Shown here: one piece after another, positions 50,318-56,564 of the stretch
Layout of the letters: each line of letters opens with the position of its first letter
How positions within the stretch are numbered: position 1 is the first letter of the stretch
From: Pseudomonadota bacterium
GTDB taxonomy: Bacteria; UBA10199; 2-02-FULL-44-16; JBDRGF01
NCBI GenBank assembly: GCA_043818055.1
Contig: JBDRGF010000003.1
Coordinates: 1-56,564 of the forward strand
Direction of reading: 5' to 3'
DNA: 56,564 nt
Program-made: the position numbers and the translations under genes
The notes under the pieces: model-generated
Database searches by the model: none
The model's input: the letters and a program-made list of their open reading frames with translations, nothing else
What the model was told of the DNA's origin: nothing

Positions 50318-51085
50318 TCACCATTGAAAGAAAAGGCCGGCCTCCGGGCCGTGCAAGGAGGCATCGTTGATGCTCAAAATTTTATAACCTACCCTCGCGC
50401 CTACCATGCCAAATTTGACATTGATGCCGCTCGAAAGATCATAGACATGATATCCCCTCATGAAGGCCATGTAGGGCAGGATATCCCATATGATATGCTT
50501 TCCAAAGAAGAGATAGAAAGGAAAGCCGATTTCAAAGCCTGTGTGTGAATTTGTCCCCTTGATGTATTTAGCACCGAGCGCCATGTTGATCTGAAAAATT
50601 TCCATGAGGTATGAGCGGAGCAGAAAATGGGAGCTAAATACATCGAGCACATCCTTTGGATTCTTCTGCCAGTATTTATTATACTTCACATCGGCACCAA
50701 GCATCAGGTAGCCAAATTCTCCCTTCGCATACAAGACGTTTGTGTTATCGAAGACGCGTTGATATCCTGCATCGAGACGGATGGTCGGCAGGGCTGGGCG
50801 TTTTTCCCGTTTCAGCTCTTTATATAGATAGCCGAAATCCCCCTCATCGAGATTGGTTACAAGCCCCGCGAGAAAGAAGTTTGCGAAGATATCGATGAGA
50901 CCTTCAGTCACTTCCCCTGTAGGATCGTCCTTGTCGTCATGCCACACCTTCCTCTTGCTCTTATCGAGATCCTTCTTCTCAAGGGTGTCCTTGAATTCGG
51001 TGACACTCCCCTTCTCAGCCGAAAAGGCTTGAAAAGTGAAGCAACAGAAAAGGGAAAGTATAATGATGGATAATATTCTTCTCAC
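50318..51085 (-). CDS. Probable outer-membrane beta-barrel protein
   Basis: Signal peptide (QAFS-A), alternating beta strands, terminal GLFFQW. Confidence 0.7.
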   Translation of the reverse strand: MRRILSIIILSLFCCFTFQAFSAEKGSVTEFKDTLEKKDLDKSKRKVWHDDKDDPTGEVTEGLIDIFANFFLAGLVTNLDEGDFGYLYKELKREKRPALPTIRLDAGYQRVFDNTNVLYAKGEFGYLMLGADVKYNKYWQKNPKDVLDVFSSHFLLRSYLMEIFQINMALGAKYIKGTNSHTGFEIGFPFYLFFGKHIIWDILPYMAFMRGYHVYDLSSGINVKFGMVGARVGYKILSINDASLHGPEAGLFFQW

Positions 51086-51135
51086 AATTTTGTTAAATAC
51101 AAATGAAGGGATAAGATGTCAAAGGAAAGAGTATT

Positions 51136-52968
51136 TTAAGATTGGGATAAATCTTCAATCTCCTCTGCTTCTGTTTCGGCTTGCCAATCGCCCACGACAT
51201 TTCCGATTGCCTGATTGAAGCCTCCCAGAAAGGAGATGATTACCGCCTTCATGGCCAGCCCCCTGCCTATCTCAGCAAGATAACCGGATTTGGATCTCTC
51301 AAGCATATACAAATTGATCAGTTCATTTACAAATCCAAGGCTGGCCAAAGCGCTGGTTGCAGACTTTGAATTGATTGAATCATCGTCGTTCAACAAAGAC
51401 ATAAGATGTTCATAGGCACTCGAACAACCACACATCTCAATTGCTGTTATCAGCAAAGGTTTAGATTTTTTATGTTCATCCAAAAGTGCTTTTAATAGAT
51501 CTTTTTCAAAAGAGGGGTCACCGTATTCTGACACTGCTAAAAAGGCTGAATATCTTCTGAAATCCACAGAAGATTTTATATAAAAATCAAGCGCACTCCT
51601 CCTCGTCTCAGCATTTCTTGCATGATGCATGACGATGTCATCAAAATAGGGCAAATTGCTATTGTATTCTGAGAAGTCGATACCGCGCAGCTGTAGTAAT
51701 CTCTTTGCGCGCTTTTTTATCGGCTCCTCGGCATACGCTCTGTGATGGATTACTGACAGTGTTTGTTTCATCTGCTCAGTCAGAATAGCACCCAGCTTAA
51801 GCCTCGCATCGATTACATTGATGCCATCTCCAGTTATAATGTATTGAGCATCTTCAATGAAGCTCAAGCTTTCAACATCTAAAACGCTCTCATCGCCTAA
51901 TTTTCCCAGGCTATCGATGCATGATGTAACAATCCGGGGATCTGGATTATCCAATCCACGTAGAAGAATATCGCCAGCTCTATAATCTCCTAAATACCCC
52001 AAAGCTTTGACAATTTCATCAGCAAGCAAAAAGCCCCTTGCATATAACTCATGTTCTGCACTCATTTGTACAGGAACGTGAGTCTCAAGTGTCCTGACAA
52101 GTTCATTTTCATCGTGTTCATACGCTTCTCTATTCTGATCCATGACTGCAAAACAGGATTTTAGCAATTTTTCAAGCCTTGGTCGAAATTTTATATCCCC
52201 CACAGCTGAGACTGCTTGAACTGCTTTTTTCAATCTACTTACCACTCTTCTGTCTCCAAAATCAGATTCAATATTAAAACAGGAATATAGCATTCGCAGC
52301 GCTTCGGGGTCGCCGCGTAGTGCAAGAAACGTAGCAGCATCTATTCTCGACTCAAGATTCACAAAAGATTCACGAACACCATGCAAAAAGCCTTCCGACA
52401 AGGCACTCACAGACTTTTGATTTAAGATTGATCTTAATCTATCCAGACCTATGCAATTATAAGGTCTCTCGCCATCTTCGAGTATGTATATTTCATCTCT
52501 GACCCTGACAAACGAGAGAGGTGTGTCGAAGACCATCAGTGTAAAATGTGTGTCGTTGTCAACGTCGAGAAGCACCTGCATCGATCCTGTTATCTTTCTC
52601 GTATTTTCTAGGATCTCAACAGCATCGGCCTCTTCTATTATATACTTAAAAAGATTTATCAGATTCGGATTTTCCAATGCTTCGAATATCGATTTAATTT
52701 GAAAGAGTTCGTTTGCCCTTTTAGACAGGATGAGTGAACGCTGATATTGTCTGAAACTTATGCGGCCTTCCCCGCCCCACTGTAATAACATAGAACCTTG
52801 AGCTATTGATGTAGAATTTACGTCGACACCAGATATGCCGCCATTAACGACATTTTCCAATCCATCAATAGCTGATGATTGTGAAATAGGATCAGGCGGT
52901 ATTCTGCTTTCTGATACAAGCGATACAGGTGACTTGCTTAAGTTTCGCAATAAATTGAGACTGATCAT
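51136..52968 (-). CDS. HEAT-repeat protein
   Basis: ALGYLGD.RA...LL..LD.PD..I....IDSLGKLGD and related helical repeats. Confidence 0.72.
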   Translation of the reverse strand: MISLNLLRNLSKSPVSLVSESRIPPDPISQSSAIDGLENVVNGGISGVDVNSTSIAQGSMLLQWGGEGRISFRQYQRSLILSKRANELFQIKSIFEALENPNLINLFKYIIEEADAVEILENTRKITGSMQVLLDVDNDTHFTLMVFDTPLSFVRVRDEIYILEDGERPYNCIGLDRLRSILNQKSVSALSEGFLHGVRESFVNLESRIDAATFLALRGDPEALRMLYSCFNIESDFGDRRVVSRLKKAVQAVSAVGDIKFRPRLEKLLKSCFAVMDQNREAYEHDENELVRTLETHVPVQMSAEHELYARGFLLADEIVKALGYLGDYRAGDILLRGLDNPDPRIVTSCIDSLGKLGDESVLDVESLSFIEDAQYIITGDGINVIDARLKLGAILTEQMKQTLSVIHHRAYAEEPIKKRAKRLLQLRGIDFSEYNSNLPYFDDIVMHHARNAETRRSALDFYIKSSVDFRRYSAFLAVSEYGDPSFEKDLLKALLDEHKKSKPLLITAIEMCGCSSAYEHLMSLLNDDDSINSKSATSALASLGFVNELINLYMLERSKSGYLAEIGRGLAMKAVIISFLGGFNQAIGNVVGDWQAETEAEEIEDLSQS

Positions 52969-53076
52969 CTCCTTAAAGTTACATTCTATTACCCTTTCAG
53001 GTCAACTACATCTTTAATTGGATGAAAAAACGTAACTATCCAGGTGTAGCAGCAATATGTTGAAATAATTGATACT

Positions 53077-53137
53077 GTAGGGGCAACCCCCCTTGGTTGC
53101 CCTCGTATAAGGGCAGGCATTCTCGGCCTGCCCCTAC
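53077..53137. repeat. Inverted pair of GTAG-type REPs
   Basis: GTAGGGGCAACC...GGTTGCCC ... GGGCAGGC...GCCTGCCCCTAC. Confidence 0.8.
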
Positions 53138-53155
53138 AAAAACACAAAAAAACAG

Positions 53156-53213
53156 GGTGACGGAGGAGGTGTTCTCCTTATTGCTAATAAGCTGCTATCT
53201 CTCCTCCGTCACC
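53156..53213. terminator. 13-bp perfect inverted repeat at the end of the nuclease gene
   Basis: GGTGACGGAGGAG ... CTCCTCCGTCACC; overlaps the stop codon. Confidence 0.55.
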
Positions 53214-54714
53214 TTTTTTGCATCTTTATTAATTCACTTTTGAGAAAGTAGGTCGCCTGACAGTCGTCCTCGTTGTAACGAAGAATTTTATTTTTCATAT
53301 CTTTGTTGCCCTGAAGATACTCATTTATCCAGACGATCGAGGATGATCCGCTGGCATCTTCTGCTGCCCATTCAAAGCCAAGAGATCTGCAAATATCCTT
53401 GAGACTGTAGCTTGAAAGTGGCCAGTCGGTTTTATCAAGGATGATCTTATAGAGATCGACTGCGGTACCGTTCTCTCCAAACAGCGACTGATATACTGTT
53501 TCATCGAGCGTATTGTATCTCTTAAGCAACCTCTCCAGAGTGGTCTTCTCATAATTTGAATAGTGATAAACCGGAGCGCCTTTATACTGCTTTAGAAATT
53601 CAAAGAGCTCTTGTGTAATTTTTTCCTCATCCTCAAATCTCTCTGCGAAAAACGAATGATATTCCGGTTTCCTTCCTCTCTGCACAAGGAGAATGCCGTA
53701 AAGATACACAAAATCCTGTGTTGGATCATCCTCCACATCGAAGTGAATTTCAGTATCGTGCTGGGGAAAATCATTTTTTTCATTTATGACAGGAACTCCC
53801 TGCTTATAGACCTTTGCACGCTGAATAGATTTTTTGATGAGCTCCATCGGTATCGATGGCCAGAAATACCCTTGCGCTATGAGATCCTGAACAGATGGCA
53901 AAATCTGTTCATAATCCTGTTTTGACAGCGCGTCGATGGTCTCGATTCCAAGTTTTTTGAGCCCTCTCTTCAATCCCTGTCCCACCCAGTAAAGAAGTGA
54001 AACATCTTCTTTCTCCTTAGCCCACTTCAAACAGACCTTTTTCCATTCGCACATTTTACAATTGCCGCAAATTGCGGGCTCGGAATCACATGGATCTCCA
54101 CGGAGGTAGGAATTTAAAAGGGAGATGGCTTCATCATATTGGTATGGCTTCTTATACAGATTTGCATGCAACTTTCTCGATTTCGTTTTATAAATATAAC
54201 TTTTACTAAGCCTTGTCCCCTGAACGCGTTCCAACAACTCGCTGTAAAAATATAGCTGCCAGATATGTTCTATATTGATCTTTTCACCACCGTTATCCCA
54301 GGTACCGTCAACGCGTGCGAGCTTGATGTCCATCGGATAATAGAGGTGGTCACCTAAAGAGGAAGACCCAACTTTTTTAACGAGAAGATCAGGCCGCCCC
54401 GCCCTGCCATCTGCCATAAGAACGCCCTGATAGATTAAGTCGACACCCTGCTGCATAGCGATAAGGGTCTCCTTTGCAAGCTCATCAGATAACGGTTTAT
54501 CAGGAGAGATCGCAACAAAGGACTTTTCAGGATTCTCTTTTTTTATTGTCTCGATTACTTTCGCCTCATACTGAACCCCAGCGTCCCACAAGAGCTTGAC
54601 CAATGGATGAATCTCAATTTTGAGTTTAGGATCGCCATTAAAATCCATAAACGGTCGATACCGGCATTTTTTAAAGTTATATAAATCTGTAGCTGTTATT
54701 GTTTTTTTCTTCAT
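53209..54714 (-). CDS. TM0106-family RecB-like nuclease with C-terminal RNase H-like (YprB) domain
   Basis: IYQGVL, GRPDLL, P.DIK, QL.FY, C..CEW...C, HFDVEDDP, VYHYS.YE, SYSLK, YNEDDCQAT. Confidence 0.9.
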   Translation of the reverse strand: MKKKTITATDLYNFKKCRYRPFMDFNGDPKLKIEIHPLVKLLWDAGVQYEAKVIETIKKENPEKSFVAISPDKPLSDELAKETLIAMQQGVDLIYQGVLMADGRAGRPDLLVKKVGSSSLGDHLYYPMDIKLARVDGTWDNGGEKINIEHIWQLYFYSELLERVQGTRLSKSYIYKTKSRKLHANLYKKPYQYDEAISLLNSYLRGDPCDSEPAICGNCKMCEWKKVCLKWAKEKEDVSLLYWVGQGLKRGLKKLGIETIDALSKQDYEQILPSVQDLIAQGYFWPSIPMELIKKSIQRAKVYKQGVPVINEKNDFPQHDTEIHFDVEDDPTQDFVYLYGILLVQRGRKPEYHSFFAERFEDEEKITQELFEFLKQYKGAPVYHYSNYEKTTLERLLKRYNTLDETVYQSLFGENGTAVDLYKIILDKTDWPLSSYSLKDICRSLGFEWAAEDASGSSSIVWINEYLQGNKDMKNKILRYNEDDCQATYFLKSELIKMQKR

Positions 54715-54720
54715 TTCGTC

Positions 54721-55899
54721 CTACAAAACATCCCCATTCCAAAGCATCTCCAGAAATGTTTTCCAGGGTATGATCTCAATATTGGAAGAGAGTTTTCTTG
54801 GCACAGGTTCTTGACAAACAATTAACGCCTTTTGTGGCTTATATTCTTCAATAAAAGACAGCGAGCCCTTTATATCAGCGCTTTTGATTTTACTTGGTCC
54901 CTTAACCTCAACCGAAATTTTACCCCCATCCAGAACAAAATCAACCTCACTCCCCCCCTTTGTACGCCAAAAATCGATACGATAATCTTTTTCCGAATAG
55001 GATCTATATGCAAGAAGCTCCATCAGAATAAAATTTTCAAATGCATTTCCAAATTCCACACCTTTATTTGTCTGAATTACGCGCTTCATTAAACCACCAG
55101 CCACACCGACATCGAAAAGATAAAACTTTGGTGTAGATACTATTGTATTGCGACTTTTTCTTTTTCTGAACGGTTCTATAAAAACGCCTATCAGTGTATC
55201 AACCAATATTTGGTAATATTCAGCGACCGTTTTTGAATCTATTCCACAGTCGCTTGCTATATTTGTATAGTTGACGAGCTCGCCACATGAAAAAGGAACC
55301 GCATCAAGAAATTTTGCGAAAGCAGGAAGATTACGGGTCAACCCCTCATCCCTGATTTCCTCTTTTAGATAATCGTTGATATAGGCCTTTATTGTCCGCT
55401 GATAATTCTGATCCAAATAGTGGCTGGGTATCATACCCCTGTTTAGGGCTGTTAAAAGATTAAAATCTTTACCCAGCTCTCTCGTTGTCAGCGGAAACAG
55501 CTCAAATTTCCACGCCCTCCCCCCAAGAAGATTTGCATGAGAACGTTTTACCTTTCTTGCGCTCGATCCACAAAGTACAAACGATATCTTAAATTTTTCA
55601 ATTAACCAGTGAATTTCATCAAGCAAAGAGGGAATTTTTTGCACTTCATCTATTATTACAGGCTCTTTGAGCTTACCCATATCAATAAGGCTTTGTATCT
55701 CCTGACGCAAAAGATATGGCTCTTTTGATAATCGAAAAAAGGTATCTGTTTCTAGCAGGTCATATCTCGTAGTATTAGGAAAGCGTTGCAAAAGATAGGT
55801 GGTCTTCCCTGTTTTTCTGGGCCCCCATAGAAAGGCTGACTGTCCCTTTGGAAGGTCGATTTTTAATGTTCTATCGATATTAACTAATTCGGAATTCAT
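54721..55899 (-). CDS. AAA_14 ATPase with DUF4143 and C-terminal PD-(D/E)XK-like domain
   Basis: GPRKTGKT, IIDEVQK, GSSAR, LLGGRA, PKFYLFDVG, FWRT..G.EVDFV...VEVK. Confidence 0.92.
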   Translation of the reverse strand: MNSELVNIDRTLKIDLPKGQSAFLWGPRKTGKTTYLLQRFPNTTRYDLLETDTFFRLSKEPYLLRQEIQSLIDMGKLKEPVIIDEVQKIPSLLDEIHWLIEKFKISFVLCGSSARKVKRSHANLLGGRAWKFELFPLTTRELGKDFNLLTALNRGMIPSHYLDQNYQRTIKAYINDYLKEEIRDEGLTRNLPAFAKFLDAVPFSCGELVNYTNIASDCGIDSKTVAEYYQILVDTLIGVFIEPFRKRKSRNTIVSTPKFYLFDVGVAGGLMKRVIQTNKGVEFGNAFENFILMELLAYRSYSEKDYRIDFWRTKGGSEVDFVLDGGKISVEVKGPSKIKSADIKGSLSFIEEYKPQKALIVCQEPVPRKLSSNIEIIPWKTFLEMLWNGDVL

Positions 55900-56379
55900 T
55901 CCTGATTAGTAGCACTAATACGGAACAATGTCCATATAAAATTTACATTTACTCAAGGCCACTTTTAGATAAGATTAATAATTAGCTTAATATCATATAG
56001 TTATAAACATTGAGGGCACCAGTTCAATAAGTAAGTGGGCTCAATGACGATTTGAGTGGGTGATTTGCGAGGAGTGAGGGCGATATAAAAATTATTCAAC
56101 AGCAAAAGCGCTTATAAAAGAAGAATTTTAGATACAGATCTTTAAGATGAGAGATATCCACAAGAACCTATAATGCAACCGCACCAAGGAATTCCTGAAG
56201 ATTCCGACTGCGGCATCCACAGTGTCGTTTTTGTGGATATCTCATCCATTTTAGAAACTTCAAAATGACATGGAACTTTTAACGATGCTTTATCGTGGCC
56301 AAAAAGTCAGCGGAGAGAATCTGCCGGATTTGTCGCAATATGACGGGTTACCCACAATGCTACGTTACGGAACTTTTAC

Positions 56380-56564
56380 GGTTCCTTCACTGCGCAATGT
56401 GGATAACCCTGCTTACATCCATTTACCAGCTCTTTAACAAAATGCTTTTTTTAGAAACCGCTTCATAACGGCGGCAAAAAAGATGTGATAACCTTGAGTT
56501 CCAGATATTCCTCATCCCTGTAACCATACGCGCTTCGCTGCAATACCCGTATCTTGTTGTTGAC
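56380..56564 (-). mobile_element. Right end of an ISL3-family insertion sequence (truncated by the window edge)
   Basis: Transposase C-terminus plus a probable terminal IR GGTTCCTTCACTGCGCAATGTGG starting at 56380, next to AT-rich flank. Confidence 0.75.
56463..56564 (-). CDS. ISL3-family transposase, C-terminal fragment (not in the ORF track)
   Basis: Translated by hand: VNNKIRVLQRSAYGYRDEEYLELKVITSFLPPL*, the NNKI..L.R.AYG.R motif of ISL3 transposases. Confidence 0.88.
   Translation of the reverse strand, partial: VNNKIRVLQRSAYGYRDEEYLELKVITSFLPPL

Overview
A bacterial window, almost all coding on the minus strand. MYXO-CTERM-like sorting, a TraB-like OmpA protein and sigma-54 promoters suggest a delta-proteobacterial/Myxococcota-like lineage (inference only). 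Five blocks are visible. (1) 80-4958: an AT-rich RiPP cluster with three radical SAM/SPASM enzymes, an MFS exporter, a stand-alone PqqD/RRE and a 24-aa precursor missed by the ORF track (MTAYVKPVVVKIARCRNIEGGHKV, 4884-4958). (2) 5042-9405: a secreted protein behind a sigma-54 promoter, a hybrid histidine kinase and a SET-domain protein. (3) 9414-37044: a tightly coupled ~27.6 kb putative sigma-54 operon. It starts with a 4124-aa protein in which an apparently intact apolipoprotein N-acyltransferase (Lnt) is fused, through an internal signal-peptide-like segment, to two tandem RHS cores. Three orphan toxin modules, four 2-TM immunity-like genes, two lipoproteins, a 3129-aa MYXO-CTERM-like adhesin and a TraB-like beta-barrel/OmpA protein follow. 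(4) 37618-51085: a Cache kinase, a kinase-NTPase-TPR protein, the rpsA-sppA-ihfB-HIT-lapA-like core operon and envelope genes. (5) 51136-56564: HEAT-repeat, TM0106 nuclease and AAA/DUF4143 genes, and the end of an ISL3 element. A shared tandem enhancer motif (GTYY-N8-RGAC) occurs three times. Several REP-like palindromes are present, some inserted in frame inside genes. The best candidates for undescribed systems are the Lnt-double-RHS/adhesin/TraB-like operon and the three-rSAM RiPP. All calls come from reading motifs by eye; no searches were run.
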